Below, piece by piece: positions 1 through 10,575 of a stretch of DNA of 64,000 nucleotides. The position numbers were made by a program, and so were the translations under genes. Below the pieces are notes generated by a model, which worked only from the letters and a program-made list of their open reading frames with translations, was not told the DNA's origin and searched no databases. The DNA lies in assembly GCA_900617105.1 (NCBI GenBank), contig UYFQ01000600.1:186001-250000 (forward strand), in the 5' to 3' direction. The stretch is from Hydrurus foetidus. Taxonomy: Eukaryota. Position 1 is the stretch's first letter; the number at the start of each line of letters is the position of its first letter.

Positions 1-375
1 TTCAACCCGTCCCACAAGGGCGCGGACCTGCAGGCCTGGATCGAGGGCGAATGCGCCGCCGCAGGCGAGGGCCTCAAGGCCCGCGCCGAGGTGATGTGCA
101 AGATCAGCGGCGAGGCCTTCCTGACGCAGCCTGGCCCCTTCACCGAGGTGATCGTCGCCGCCGCCCAGGAGGCCACCGGCCGCGTGCCCGAGCTGTCCAC
201 CACCGGCGGCACCAGCGACGCCCGGTTCATCCGCAGCCTGTGCCCGGTGGTCGAGTTTGGCCTGGTCGGCTCGACCATGCACCAGGTCGACGAGCGGGTT
301 CCGGTGCAGGAGATCCGCGACCTGGCCAAGGCCTATGAAGCCCTGATCCGTCGCTATTTCGAAGCCTTCGCCTGA
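1..375 (+). CDS. dapE: Succinyl-diaminopimelate desuccinylase, C-terminal part (truncated by window edge)
   Basis: [14 protein letters not shown]...[16 protein letters not shown] is the DapE C-terminal motif. Confidence 0.9.
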   Translation, partial: FNPSHKGADLQAWIEGECAAAGEGLKARAEVMCKISGEAFLTQPGPFTEVIVAAAQEATGRVPELSTTGGTSDARFIRSLCPVVEFGLVGSTMHQVDERVPVQEIRDLAKAYEALIRRYFEAFA

Positions 376-815
376 TGGTCCGCGCCGCCTTGGCGAGCTG
401 GCCTTTCTGGGCCCTGGCCTCGGCGGTGTTTGCGGCGATGACGGCGATCCTGGCCAAGGTCGGGATCGAGGGGGTGGGCTCCAACCTCGCCACCTTCATC
501 CGCACCGTGGTGATCCTGGCCTTCGCCGGCCTGATCCTGACCCTGTTTGGCGAGTGGCGGGCCCCGGGCGAGATCTCGCGCCGCTCGTGGATCTTCCTGA
601 TCCTGTCGGGCCTGGCCACCGGCGCCTCGTGGCTGTGCTATTTCCGCGCCCTGAAACTGGGCGACGCCAGCCAGGTGGCTCCGATCGACAAGCTCAGCGT
701 CGTGCTGGTGGCCGTCTTCGCCGCCGCCTTCCTGGGCGAGCGCCCCTCGGCCTTGAACTGGCTGGGTGTGGCGCTGATCGCCGGCGGGGCGGTGCTGGTG
801 GCGGTGCGGGTCTAG
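375..815 (+). CDS. EamA/DMT family transporter
   Basis: 146 aa hydrophobic ORF with FAAMTAILAKVG and ASQVAPIDKLSVV motifs; TGATG overlap with dapE. Confidence 0.85.
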   Translation: MVRAALASWPFWALASAVFAAMTAILAKVGIEGVGSNLATFIRTVVILAFAGLILTLFGEWRAPGEISRRSWIFLILSGLATGASWLCYFRALKLGDASQVAPIDKLSVVLVAVFAAAFLGERPSALNWLGVALIAGGAVLVAVRV

Positions 816-818
816 GCG

Positions 819-1739
819 ATGGATGACTTCTCGATCGATCAGGTGCTGGCCGAGGTGGCCGTGCTGGTGAAGCCGCACTTCGGCAAGGGCCGCCCGGCCG
901 ACTACATCCCGCAGCTGGCCGGTGTGCCCGGGCACAAGTTCGGCATGGCCGTACGGATGATAGACGGCGGCGAACACGTGATCGGCGACGCCGACGAGGG
1001 CTTCTCGGTCCAGAGCATCACCAAGGTCTTCGCCCTGGGCCTGGCCCTGAACCGCTTCGGCGACGAGGTCTGGCGGCGCGTGGGCAAGGAGCCCTCAGGC
1101 ACGCCGTTCAACCACCTGTCCCAGCTGGAGGCCGAGGCGGGCGTGCCCCGCAACCCGTTCATCAATGCCGGGGCCCTGGCGATCACCGACCATCTGCTCG
1201 ACACGGTCAGGGATCCCGCCGCCCTGGTGCGCGGCTTCGCCAGCGTGCTGGCCGACGAGGCCGTCGAGATCGACGAGGCGGTCGCCGCGTCGGAGCTGGC
1301 CACCGCCCACCAGAACCGCGCCATCGCCAACCTGATGCGCGGCAAGGGCACCATCACTCACGACCCCGAGGCCGTGGTCGCCGCCTATTGCCGCCAGTGC
1401 GCCCTGACCATGAGCTGCCGGCAACTGGCGCGGGCCCTGCTGCCCCTGGCGGCCGGCGGCTTCTCGCCGGTGATCCAGGAGACCATCTTCCCCGAGCGCC
1501 TGACGCGGCGCCTGAACGCCCTGCTGCTGACCTGCGGCATCTATGACAGCGTCGGCAGCTTCGCCTATCGCGTCGGCCTGCCGGCCAAGAGCGGGGTCGG
1601 CGGCGGCATCGTCGCCGTGGTCCCCGGCAAGGCGGTGATCGCGGTGTGGTCGCCGGAGTTCGACCGCTTTGGAACGTCCGTGGTCGGAACGGCGGCGCTG
1701 GAGGCCTTCGCGCAGCTGACCAACTGTTCGGTGCTGTAG
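819..1739 (+). CDS. glsA: Glutaminase
   Basis: FSVQSITKVF catalytic motif, GKEPSGTPFN, NPFINAGA, PAKSGVGGG. Confidence 0.95.
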   Translation: MDDFSIDQVLAEVAVLVKPHFGKGRPADYIPQLAGVPGHKFGMAVRMIDGGEHVIGDADEGFSVQSITKVFALGLALNRFGDEVWRRVGKEPSGTPFNHLSQLEAEAGVPRNPFINAGALAITDHLLDTVRDPAALVRGFASVLADEAVEIDEAVAASELATAHQNRAIANLMRGKGTITHDPEAVVAAYCRQCALTMSCRQLARALLPLAAGGFSPVIQETIFPERLTRRLNALLLTCGIYDSVGSFAYRVGLPAKSGVGGGIVAVVPGKAVIAVWSPEFDRFGTSVVGTAALEAFAQLTNCSVL

Positions 1740-1808
1740 AACCGGGCGCTTGAGCCGCATCAAGGCGGCGGTGGGACGATCCTGCGCGTTATCCTCGCAG
1801 GAGGCGCC

Positions 1809-2387
1809 ATGACAAAACATATTCTGGTTCTGCTGGGACACCCCGACTGCCGCCCCGAACGCTTCGGCTCGGCCCTGGCCAGCGCCTATGTCGAGGCCGC
1901 GAGAGCGGCCGGGCATCAGGTGCGGCGCATCGATCTGGCCGATCTCGACACCCCCTTCCTGGGCGGCCAGTGGGAATTCGAGAGCCCGCCGCCGCCACCG
2001 ATCCAGGCCGTGCAGCAGGACATCCTGTGGGCCCAGCATATCGTGGTGCTGTTCCCCCTGTGGCTGGGCGCAACGCCGGCCAAGCTGAAGGCCCTGCTGG
2101 AGCAGGTGTTCCGCGCCGGCTTTGGCATGGCGGAAAGCCCCAGGGGCCCTGTCCCGCAACTCAAGGGCCGTTCGGCCCGTCTGGTGGTGACCATGGGCAT
2201 GCCGGCCATCGCCTTTTGGCTGATGTTCGGCGCGCACGGCCTGCTGGCGCTGGAGAAAGGGATCCTGGGTCTGGCCGGCATGTCCCCCATCCGCAAATCG
2301 GTGATCGGCGGTGTCGAGGCGATCGGCAGCCCGGGGCGGCTGAAATGGCTGGCCCGCATGCGGCGGCTGGGGACGCTGGGGGTCTAG
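1809..2387 (+). CDS. NAD(P)H-dependent oxidoreductase, flavodoxin-like fold
   Basis: ILVLLGHP, FPLWLGATPAKLK, LKGRSARLVVTMG; GGAGG RBS. Confidence 0.85.
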   Translation: MTKHILVLLGHPDCRPERFGSALASAYVEAARAAGHQVRRIDLADLDTPFLGGQWEFESPPPPPIQAVQQDILWAQHIVVLFPLWLGATPAKLKALLEQVFRAGFGMAESPRGPVPQLKGRSARLVVTMGMPAIAFWLMFGAHGLLALEKGILGLAGMSPIRKSVIGGVEAIGSPGRLKWLARMRRLGTLGV

Positions 2388-2418
2388 TCCCGGGCGACGG
2401 CTGGGCTGCCGGCGCTGG

Positions 2419-2565
2419 ACGCCCCCTCCGTCACGCTGCGTATTCGCAGCGCGCCACCTCCCCCGCACGCTACGCTACGGGGCAGGAGGGTGAAGCTGCT
2501 CTTCTCCTGCCCCGCTTGCGTGGGAGGTGGCGCGGCGCGGATACGCGACGTGACGGAGGGGGCGT
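2419..2565. repeat. Palindromic intergenic repeat (CCCCCTCC...GGAGGGGG class, CIR/REP-like)
   Basis: Perfect 17-bp terminal inverted repeat ACGCCCCCTCCGTCACG / CGTGACGGAGGGGGCGT with internal hairpins, between convergent genes. Confidence 0.85.
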
Positions 2566-2571
2566 TCGGCG

Positions 2572-3314
2572 TCAGTCGCCGTAACCCACGCCCACCAGAT
2601 AAAGCCCGTCGGACGGCGCGACCGGGCCGCAGGCCGTGCGATCCTTCGCCTCAAGCGCCTCGCGCACATCCTGCGCGCTCCACCGACCGATCCCCACCTC
2701 GACCAGCGTCCCGGTCATCGACCGCACCTGGCGATGCAGGAAAGACCGCGCCTCGAACGCCAGACAGACCGTCTCGCCCTCGCGCCACACCCGGGCCACG
2801 TCGAGGGTCTTCAGCGGCGACTTGGCCTGGCAGTGCATGTCGCGGAAGGTCGTGAAGTCGTGCAGGCCCACCAGATGCTGGGCCGCCGCGTGCATGGTCT
2901 GCGCATCCAGCGGCTTCTTCACATGCCACACGCGGCCCTTGTCCAGGGCCGGCGGGGCGGGTCGGTTGAGGATGCGGTACAGATAGCGCCGCTCATTGGC
3001 CGAGAACCGGGCGTGCCAGTCCCCCTGCGCGATCTCGCAGGCCAGGATGCTGACCGCCTCGCGGGTCAGGTGGGCGTTGAGGGCGTTCATGACCGTCTGG
3101 GCCGGCCAGTCGCGCTCGAGATCGACATGGACCACCTGTCCCGTCGCGTGGACGCCGGTGTCGGTGCGGCCCGCCGCCGCGATGCGCAGCTCCTGGCCGC
3201 AGAAGGCCTTCACCGCGCCTCGATCGCGCCCTGCACCGAGGGAAGCGTCGCCTGGGCCTGGAAGCCGTTATAGGGCCGGCCGTCATACTCGACGAGGAGG
3301 CGGTAGCGGGGCAT
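2572..3314 (-). CDS. truA: tRNA pseudouridine(38-40) synthase (frameshift near 3215, likely sequencing error)
   Basis: [13 protein letters not shown]-terminus in one frame; [13 protein letters not shown] and [10 protein letters not shown] in the 2572..3213 ORF. Confidence 0.92.
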
Positions 3315-4251
3315 CAGGCCAGAACGGTTCCGGCGGCAAGCGGGAAGCCCCGGATGAAGTCGCCGGCGTCCTGGGCGCCTTGCCTTCGCGCTGGGCCTTC
3401 AGCAGGCGGATCGCGCCGTCTCCGCAGGCGATCAGCAGGCCGTCGTCCAGCACGGCGCCGGGCTCTCCGCCATCTGTCGCGGGGGCGTCCTCGACGCGCG
3501 ACAGCAGGAACCTTCACGCGCACCGGGCCCTTCTCGGACGGCGCCTCGAACCATGCGCCCGGGAAGGGCGACAGGCCACGGATGTGGCAGTCGATCTCGG
3601 CGGCGGGCCGGGTCCAGTCGATGCGGGCCTCGGCTGCTTGATCTTCTTGGCGTAGGTCACGCCCTCTTGGCTCTGCGGCGTTTCGCGGGCCGCGCCGCGC
3701 TCGATCGCGCCCAGGGCGATCGGCAGGATGCGCGCGCCGACTTCGGCCAGCTTGTCATGCAGCGACCCGGCCGTCTCCAGGGCGTCGATGCGCACCTGTT
3801 CGGACATCAGGATCGGGCCCTCGTCGAGGCCCTCGCTCATCCGCATCACCTGGACGCCGGTCACCGCGTCGCCGGCCATGATCGCCCGCTGGATCGGGGC
3901 CGCGCCGCGCCAGCGGGGCAACAGCGAGGCGTGCAGGTTGAAGCAACCCTCGCGCGGCGCATCCAGCACCGCCTTGACCAGGATCTGGCCGAACGCGACG
4001 ACCACGGCGGCGTCGAGATCCAGCGCCTGGAAGGCCGCGATCTCTTCGGGCGTCTTCATCGAAACCGGCGTGCGCACGGGCAAACCCAGGCCCTCGGCGA
4101 AGGCGTGAACCGGCGAGGGCTTCAGGTCGTGGCCGCGACCGCGCGGGGCCGGCGGCTGGGAATAGACGGCCACGATCTCGTGGCCCGAGGCGACCAGTTC
4201 GGCCAGACAGGCGACGGCGAAATCGGGGGTGCCGAGGAAAGCGATGCGCAT
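3314..4251 (-). CDS. fmt: Methionyl-tRNA formyltransferase (frameshifts near 3520-3640)
   Basis: [40 protein letters not shown]. Confidence 0.95.
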
Positions 4252-4308
4252 GGGCGCGGTTTAGCGGTCCGCGCCCCGCATTGAAAGCGGCTGGGGAAAG
4301 CGGCGGGC

Positions 4309-4333
4309 GGAACCTTGACCGTGGGGAGCCGTT
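4309..4333 (+). promoter_or_regulatory. SigT/EcfG general-stress promoter
   Basis: GGAAC-N16-CGTT matches the alphaproteobacterial EcfG consensus, about 30 nt before the ATG at 4366. Confidence 0.7.
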
Positions 4334-4365
4334 ATCGGACCGACACTTTTGCCAGGAGCACCACC

Positions 4366-4719
4366 ATGCGTTCCCCCCTGATCTTCGCCGTCTGCGCCGC
4401 CGCCCTCTCGCTGGCCGCCTGCTCGGACCAGCACGCCACCGAAATCAAGGAGGGCGCCAAGGCCGTCGCCACCGACATCAAGGACCGCCAAGGAAATCGC
4501 CACCGATCCCGACGTCAAGGAAGCCGGCACGGCGATCAAGGAGAGCGCAAAGGAAGCCGGGGCCGAGCTGAAGGAAGCCGCCGGCAAGGCACCGACGCGG
4601 CGCAGCACGCCGGGCGAAAAAGCCGGCGACGCGGCCAAGGAACAGGCGCGGACATCAAGGCCGGGGCCAAGAAGGCCGGTCAGGAAACCAAGGAAGATAT
4701 TCACGAGGCGACGCGGTAG
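4366..4719 (+). CDS. Small Ala/Lys/Glu-rich lipoprotein (frameshifted)
   Basis: MRSPLIFAVCAAALSLAAC lipobox; AGGAG RBS; repetitive DIKE/AKE helical segments across frames. Confidence 0.65.
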   Translation: MRSPLIFAVCAAALSLAACSDQHATEIKEGAKAVATDIKDRQGNRHRSRRQGSRHGDQGERKGSRGRAEGSRRQGTDAAQHAGRKSRRRGQGTGADIKAGAKKAGQETKEDIHEATR

Positions 4720-4792
4720 GGCCGTTTAGCGGCGGAGCTGCGCCGCATGACGATCGCTGATGCCGAGCCAAGGCCAGTCATGCAAAAATTCA

Positions 4793-4904
4793 TCGTCATC
4801 CCGGGACGTTCCGGGACCCATGGTTCAGCTTCATCAGCAGAGTGATTTTCGGCTCGGCGTCTGCGGCGGACAAATAGGTCCCGGGAACAAGTCCGGGATG
4901 ACGA
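4793..4904. repeat. REP-like palindrome (GTCATCCCG...CGGGATGAC class)
   Basis: TCGTCATCCCGG / CCGGGATGACGA terminal inverted repeat between convergent genes. Confidence 0.85.
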
Positions 4905-4948
4905 CCCTGAGATTTGCAGACAACAGACCTCCCCGGGGGAGGATCAGA

Positions 4949-5470
4949 TCAAGCCGCGCGACGCGCCTTCTTGACCTTGGTGATGGCGCGGTCGCGGCGC
5001 AGGCGCGACAGGTGGTCGATGAACAGCACGCCTTCCAGGTGGTCCATCTCGTGCTGGATGCAGACGGCGAACATGCCCTCGGCCTCCTCGACGACGGTCT
5101 CGCCCTTATAGTCGAGATAGCGCAGCGTCACCTTCGAGGGGCGCTCGACCTCGTCATAATAGTCGGGGACCGACAGGCAGCCCTCTTCGTAGCCCTGCGT
5201 CTCTTCCGAGGCCGTCAGGATCTCGGGATTGACGAAATAGCGCGGGGTCGGCTCTTCGCCGTCGCGGGCCAGGTCCATGACGATGACGCGGATGGCCTCG
5301 CCCACCTGCACGGCGGCCAGGCCGATGCCGGGGGCGTCGTACATCGTCTCCAGCATGTCATCCATGAGGTGACGCAGATCGTCTGTCACCGCCGCGACGG
5401 GGGTGGAGATCTTTTTCAACACGGCCATATCGGCGGCGTTATCGACGGTGAGGATGCGACGGATAGCCAT
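4949..5470 (-). CDS. def: Peptide deformylase
   Basis: [13 protein letters not shown] and QHEMDH motifs. Confidence 0.97.
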   Translation of the reverse strand: MAIRRILTVDNAADMAVLKKISTPVAAVTDDLRHLMDDMLETMYDAPGIGLAAVQVGEAIRVIVMDLARDGEEPTPRYFVNPEILTASEETQGYEEGCLSVPDYYDEVERPSKVTLRYLDYKGETVVEEAEGMFAVCIQHEMDHLEGVLFIDHLSRLRRDRAITKVKKARRAA

Positions 5471-5478
5471 AATAGGTG

Positions 5479-6788
5479 TCAGGTAAGGGTCTCATTCCCG
5501 AGCGTCAAGGTGGGGGATTGCCCCATCCCCGCTTGGGGGGCCAGCTTGGTCAGCGCGCGAACACCGCTTTCGACCGGGGTCAGCTCGGCGATTTCCTTGC
5601 CTTCGTGGTCGACCGACAGGTCCTCGAACCGGCGGGCCTGGGTCAGGACCTGGCTCTCCAGCGAGCCGACGAACTGGTTGTATTTGCCCACGGCGCTTTC
5701 CAGCGCCTTGCCCACCGCGCCGGCATGGGCGCCCATCACCGCCACCCGCTTGTAGAGCTCGCGCCCCACCGCGACGATATTGGCGGCGTTCCTGGCCTGA
5801 TCCTCGACCCGCCAGCCATAGGCCACCGCCTTGCACAGGGCGAACAGGGTGGTGGGGGTGACCAACAGCACCCGCTTGTCCATCGCTTCGGTCATCAGGT
5901 CGGGCAGGCGTTCCAGGGCGGCGGCCAGGAAGCTGTCGCCGGGCACGAACATGGCCACGAAATCGGGCGAGCCCTCGGCGGCGAACTGGTCCCAGTAGGT
6001 CTTGGCCGACAGGCTGGTCATGTGGGCCCGCACGCTCTGGGCGTGACGCAGCAGGGCCGCCTCGCGCGGCAGTTCCTCGGCCATTTCCTGGGCTTCCAGG
6101 AAGGCGTTCAGCGAGCACTTGGCGTCGATGACAAACACCGCCCCGCCGGGCATCCGCACCTTGACGTCGGGACGCCTGCGGCCCTCGTCGGTGTCGACGC
6201 TGAACTGCTCCTCGAAATCGAAGCGCTTGTTGAGGCCGGCGGCCTCCAGAACGTTGCGCAGGGTCTGCTCGCCCCAGCGGCCCTGCACGCCGGCCCCGCG
6301 CCGCAGGGCGGCCGACAGCTTGCGGGCTTCGAACTGGGTGGCGACCGAGGCCTCCATCAGGGCGGCGATCTGGGCCTTGAGGCCGCCGGTCTCCTCGGCG
6401 CGGGATTTTTCGACGGCGGTGACCTGGGCCTCGAACTTGGCCAGGGTCTCGGCCACCGGCTTGAGCTGGGCTTCCAGCCGCTGCTGCGACAGCAACTCGC
6501 GACTGCGGAAGTTCTCGTCGGCGCGCTTGATCAGGCCTCGGCCACGGTGTTGGCGGTCATGTTGGCCTGCTGGGCGGCCTGGGCGCGGATCAGCTCGCCC
6601 TGGGTGGCCGCCTGGTCTTCCAGCAGCCGGGCCCGCTCGTCGGCCTGGGCCAGGCGCTCGTTCAGCTGCCAGGCGCGGGCGTCGGCGGCGGTGGCGCGCT
6701 TTGAGGCGGCCAGGGCCCAAAGCATGGCGGCGACGGCCATCAGAGCGAAAACGATGGCGAGGATCAGGAACGGATCGGAAAAGTTCAT
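5479..6788 (-). CDS. rmuC: DNA recombination protein RmuC (frameshift near 6535)
   Basis: N-terminal TM helix; [37 protein letters not shown]. Confidence 0.93.
5481..5509 (-). promoter_or_regulatory. Possible RpoH (sigma32) promoter for def
   Basis: Minus strand CTTG-N18-CTTACCT, one mismatch to CTTG-N17/18-CYTATNT, ending 10 nt before the def ATG. Confidence 0.35.
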
Positions 6789-6876
6789 GCTCCGTTCCTA
6801 GCCGGAGTCGGGGGCGCGGGGAAGGCGGCATCCAGATCCGTCAGCAGCGCCACGACCGCTTCAGACGCAAACCTAG

Positions 6877-6983
6877 CTTGTCATCCCGGCCGCAGCGAAG
6901 CGGAGAGCCGGGACCCAGGGGCCAGGGCAGTGCGGTTGCCCCTGGGTCCCGGACAGCCTCTGCGAGGCTTCCGGGATGACAAG
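6877..6983. repeat. REP-like palindrome (GTCATCCCG class)
   Basis: CTTGTCATCCCGG / CCGGGATGACAAG ends; inner GGGACCCAGGGG / CCCCTGGGTCCC stem. Confidence 0.88.
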
Positions 6984-7001
6984 GTCATTGAAGGCGGAAA
7001 C

Positions 7002-8363
7002 CTAGTAAGCGCAGTCGGTGAACACCCGGCTGATGTCGCCCTTCCACTCACCGTGATAGAGCTCCAGCAGCTTGTCGGCCCGCGTGCGGCCGCTGTCGGC
7101 GATCTCTTCGAGTTCGCCCATATAGATCGTCTCGTCCAGGAACCCGCCGTTCATGTGGGCCCGACCCTTCAGGCCAGACTTGGCGATGGCGACGAAGTCC
7201 TTGGCCACGTCCTGGGCGGTGCGCCCGGCGATCGGCGCCTGCAGACCCAGAACCGGCACGTCGCGGCGCAACTGGGCGCGCTCCTCAGCCGTCCAGTCCT
7301 TGCAGAGGTCCCAGGCGGCGGCCAGGGCGGCGTCATCATAGAAGACGCCGGTCCACAGGGCCGGCAGGGCGCACAGGCTGCTCCACGGGCCGGCGTCGGC
7401 GCCGCGCATTTCCAGATAGGTCTTCAGGCGCACTTCCGGGAACAGGGTGGTGGTGTGGTCAGCCCAGTCCTTGATTGAGGCGCGCTCGCCGGGCAGCTCA
7501 TCGATCTTGCCGTCGATGAAGTCGCGGAAATTGCGGCCGGCCAGGTCGATATAGCGGTCGCCTCGCTTGGCGAAATACATCGGCACGTCCAGGGCGTAGC
7601 GGGCATAGCGCTCGAAGTCGAAGCCGTCCTCGAACACGAAATCCAGCAGGCCGGTGCGGTCGGCGTCGGTGTCGGTCCAGACATTGGCCCGGCTCGACAG
7701 GAAGCCGTTGGGCTTGCCTTCCGTGAACGGAGAATTGGCGAACAGCGCCGTGACGATCGGCTGCAGGGCCAGGCTCATGCGGAACTTGGCGACCATGTCG
7801 GCTTCGCTGGAGAAGTCGAGATTGGCCTGCACCGTGCAGGTGCGCAGCATCATGTCCAGGCCCAGGCCGCCGACCTTGGGCATGTAGTTGCGCATGATGA
7901 CGTAACGCCCCTTGGGCATCACCGGCACCTCCTCGCGCTTCCACACCGGCGAGAAGCCCAGACCCATGAAGCCCAGTCCCAGCTCGTCGGCGACGGTCTT
8001 GACCTCGTCCAGGTGCTGGCCGGTCTCTTCGCAGATGTCGTGCATGGTCAGCAGCGGCGCGCCGCTGAGCTCGAACTGACCGCCGGGCTCCAGGCTGACA
8101 TTGGCGCCGTTGCGCTCCAGCCCGATGATCACCTCGCCTTCCATCACCGGCTTCCAGCCAAAGCGCTGCAGGCCGACCAGAAGGGCGTGGACGCCGGTGT
8201 CGCCGTAATAGGGCACGGGCGCGTGCGAGCCGAGATAGAAGCCGAACTTCTCGTGTTCGGCCCCGACCCGGAAGGCCTCCTTGGGCTTGGAGCCCGAGGC
8301 GAAATAGGCGGTCAGGTCGTCGAGCGTCAGCGGACGCTCCTGCAGGCTAGTGGTGTCGGCCAT
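7002..8363 (-). CDS. gshA: Glutamate--cysteine ligase
   Basis: GAEHEKF, SLEPGGQFELSG, MPKGRY, RTCTVQANLDF, YLEMRGAD. Confidence 0.95.
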   Translation of the reverse strand: MADTTSLQERPLTLDDLTAYFASGSKPKEAFRVGAEHEKFGFYLGSHAPVPYYGDTGVHALLVGLQRFGWKPVMEGEVIIGLERNGANVSLEPGGQFELSGAPLLTMHDICEETGQHLDEVKTVADELGLGFMGLGFSPVWKREEVPVMPKGRYVIMRNYMPKVGGLGLDMMLRTCTVQANLDFSSEADMVAKFRMSLALQPIVTALFANSPFTEGKPNGFLSSRANVWTDTDADRTGLLDFVFEDGFDFERYARYALDVPMYFAKRGDRYIDLAGRNFRDFIDGKIDELPGERASIKDWADHTTTLFPEVRLKTYLEMRGADAGPWSSLCALPALWTGVFYDDAALAAAWDLCKDWTAEERAQLRRDVPVLGLQAPIAGRTAQDVAKDFVAIAKSGLKGRAHMNGGFLDETIYMGELEEIADSGRTRADKLLELYHGEWKGDISRVFTDCAY

Positions 8364-8489
8364 GAGCCGTCTCTCCCCAAGGTCCGAACGCTACAAGCAG
8401 GGAGAGGCCCATGTCCCCCGACCAGCCGCATACTATCGTGCTCCGCAATTGGGCGTTTTCTTTGAGAACCTCAAGAGGGCGCCTGTGCT

Positions 8490-9212
8490 TTAGCTTTCCC
8501 GCCAGTCGCCGGCGGCGGCCTGCCAGAGGGTCAGGGCGCTGATGGCGGCAGTGTCAGCGCGCAGGATGCGAGGGCCCAGTGACACCGGTGTGACGAACGG
8601 CAGCGACCGCAAACGCTCGCGCTCCTCAGGCGAGAAACCGCCTTCCGGACCGATCAGGATAGCGGCCGGCGCGGCGCTGCCGACCAGGGCCTCGAAGGCC
8701 GGACGCGCGTCGCCGCCCTCGTCGCAGAACACCAGCTTTCGCGCCGGGTCCCAGCCGTCGAGGATCTCGGAGAGCTTTTCGGGATCTTCCACGCTCGGCA
8801 CGTCCAGGCGGCCGGTCTGCTCGGCGGCCTCCATGGCGATGGCGTCCAGCCGCCCCAGCTTGACGAAGTCGACATTGGTTCGCCGGGTGATGGTCAGCCG
8901 CACGCGGCGCACGCCCAGCTCGGCGGCCTTTTCGACAATGGTCTCGACCCGGCCGCGCTTGACCAGGGCGATGACGAGGTCGAGGTCCGGTCCGAGCGCC
9001 ATCGGCCGGACCTGCTCGTCGACCTTCAGCAGCGAGCCGCGTTTGCCGGTCTCGGTCAGGGTGGCGGTCCACTCGCCGTCACGGCCGTTGAACAGCGCCA
9101 CCTGCGCGCCGATGGCCTGGCGCATCACCGAGGTGAGATAGCGCGACTGGTCGAGGGTCAGGACGACGCCGTAGCCGGGGGCCAGGTCCTGGGGAACGAA
9201 AAGACGGATCAT
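8490..9212 (-). CDS. rsmE: 16S rRNA m3U1498 methyltransferase
   Basis: EAAEQ, ILIGPEGGFS, SLGPRILRADTA. Confidence 0.95.
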   Translation of the reverse strand: MIRLFVPQDLAPGYGVVLTLDQSRYLTSVMRQAIGAQVALFNGRDGEWTATLTETGKRGSLLKVDEQVRPMALGPDLDLVIALVKRGRVETIVEKAAELGVRRVRLTITRRTNVDFVKLGRLDAIAMEAAEQTGRLDVPSVEDPEKLSEILDGWDPARKLVFCDEGGDARPAFEALVGSAAPAAILIGPEGGFSPEERERLRSLPFVTPVSLGPRILRADTAAISALTLWQAAAGDWRES

Positions 9213-9258
9213 GTCGCTCTTCTAGCGCGACTTGTGGTTTCAGCGGTAGGCTCCCCCC

Positions 9259-10019
9259 ATGACCAAAATCCGCGACTATGATGAAGAGCTCGCCCATCTG
9301 CAGCTGGCCCTGATCCGGATGCAGCAGAAGGCGATCAAGGACGGCTCGAAGACCCTGACCGTGTTCGAGGGCCGCGACGCCGCCGGCAAGGACGGCGCGA
9401 TCTCGCGGATCACCGAGCACCTGTCGCGGCGCAATACCCTGGTGGTCGCCCTGCCCAAGCCTTCCGACCGCGAACAGGGCGAGTGGTATTTCCAGCGCTA
9501 TGTCGAATGGTTGCCGGCGGCGGGCGAGGCGGTGCTGTTCAACCGCTCCTGGTACAACCGCGGCGGCGTCGAGCCGGTCATGGGCTTCTGCACGCCGCAG
9601 CAGCACGCCCAGTTCCTCAATGACGTGCCCTCGTTCGAGAAGATGTTGGTCGACAGCGGCATGCGCTACGCCAAGTTCTGGCTGGATATCAGCCGGGAGA
9701 CGCAGGGCGAGCGGCTCAAGGCCCGATCGGAAGATCCCCTGAAGGCCTTCAAGATCAGCCCGCTGGACGCCGTCGCCCAGGAAAAGTGGGATGACTACAG
9801 CGCCGCCCGCGACGAGATGCTGTCCCGCACCCATCCGAAGCCGCGCCCTGGATCTGCGTCCGCGCCGACCACAAGAAGGCGGCGCGGCTCAACATCATCC
9901 GCTGGCTGCTGCACGCGGCCGGCGACAAGACGCTGCTGAAGGGCGTGGCCAAGCCCGACCCCGAGGTGATCTTCCCGTTCGAGGTTTCGGCGCTCAGCGA
10001 CGGGCGGCTGGCGCGGTAG
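9259..10019 (+). CDS. ppk2: Polyphosphate kinase 2 (frameshift near 9835)
   Basis: FEGRDAAGKDG Walker A, WYFQRY, LFNRSWYNR. Confidence 0.92.
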
Positions 10020-10029
10020 CGCACCTTGA

Positions 10030-10561
10030 ATCCCTCTCTCATAGAGAGAGGGAGGGGCCCGCCGCGAAGCGGTGGGAGGGTGAGAGGTTTCACCGCTGAC
10101 CGGGAGAGCGCGGGGCGGGGTGAGCGGGCGGTTAGGAGAAGTTCGCCGCTAGGAGTTCGGTGAGCCAGCCGTCAAGGCGATCCGCATCGAGTGTGACGTC
10201 TGACGAAGACTTCACAGGGTGCCTCGTCGCGCACATCAATGATCTCAATGTCCAGCTCTGCCATTCGGCCAGAAGTTGGAGACGCCCCGCAGCATGATGC
10301 CTCAGATCAAACCGACCCATCCCAGAAGCTTGGTCCGGTTTTCCGGATCGTTACGGTCAGCGCGTAAGCGTCCAGCCGTGCCGAGTTCACCAACCACTCG
10401 TCTAGGTCAGCGAGTCGCATGGCATCATGTCGCGACGAGCTTAAGCGTTCAACTTCCGACTACGCTCGAAGGCCGACCGCGCCCCGTTCGGTGAGAACTG
10501 TAACCTCTCACCCTCCCACCGCTACGCGGCGGGCCCCTCCCTCTCTCAAAGAGAGAGGGAT
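10030..10561. mobile_element. Pair of 60-bp inverted repeats (CCCTCTCTC class) enclosing a 412-bp cargo
   Basis: Arms 10030-10089 and 10502-10561 match at 57/60 nt as reverse complements. Confidence 0.75.
10132..10420 (-). CDS. Small hypothetical cargo protein (frameshifted)
   Basis: MRLADLDEWLVNSARLDAY from ATG 10420, ending ...DADRLDGWLTELLAANFS at 10132; needs frame changes. Confidence 0.4.
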
Positions 10562-10575
10562 CGTCTAGGGATCCC

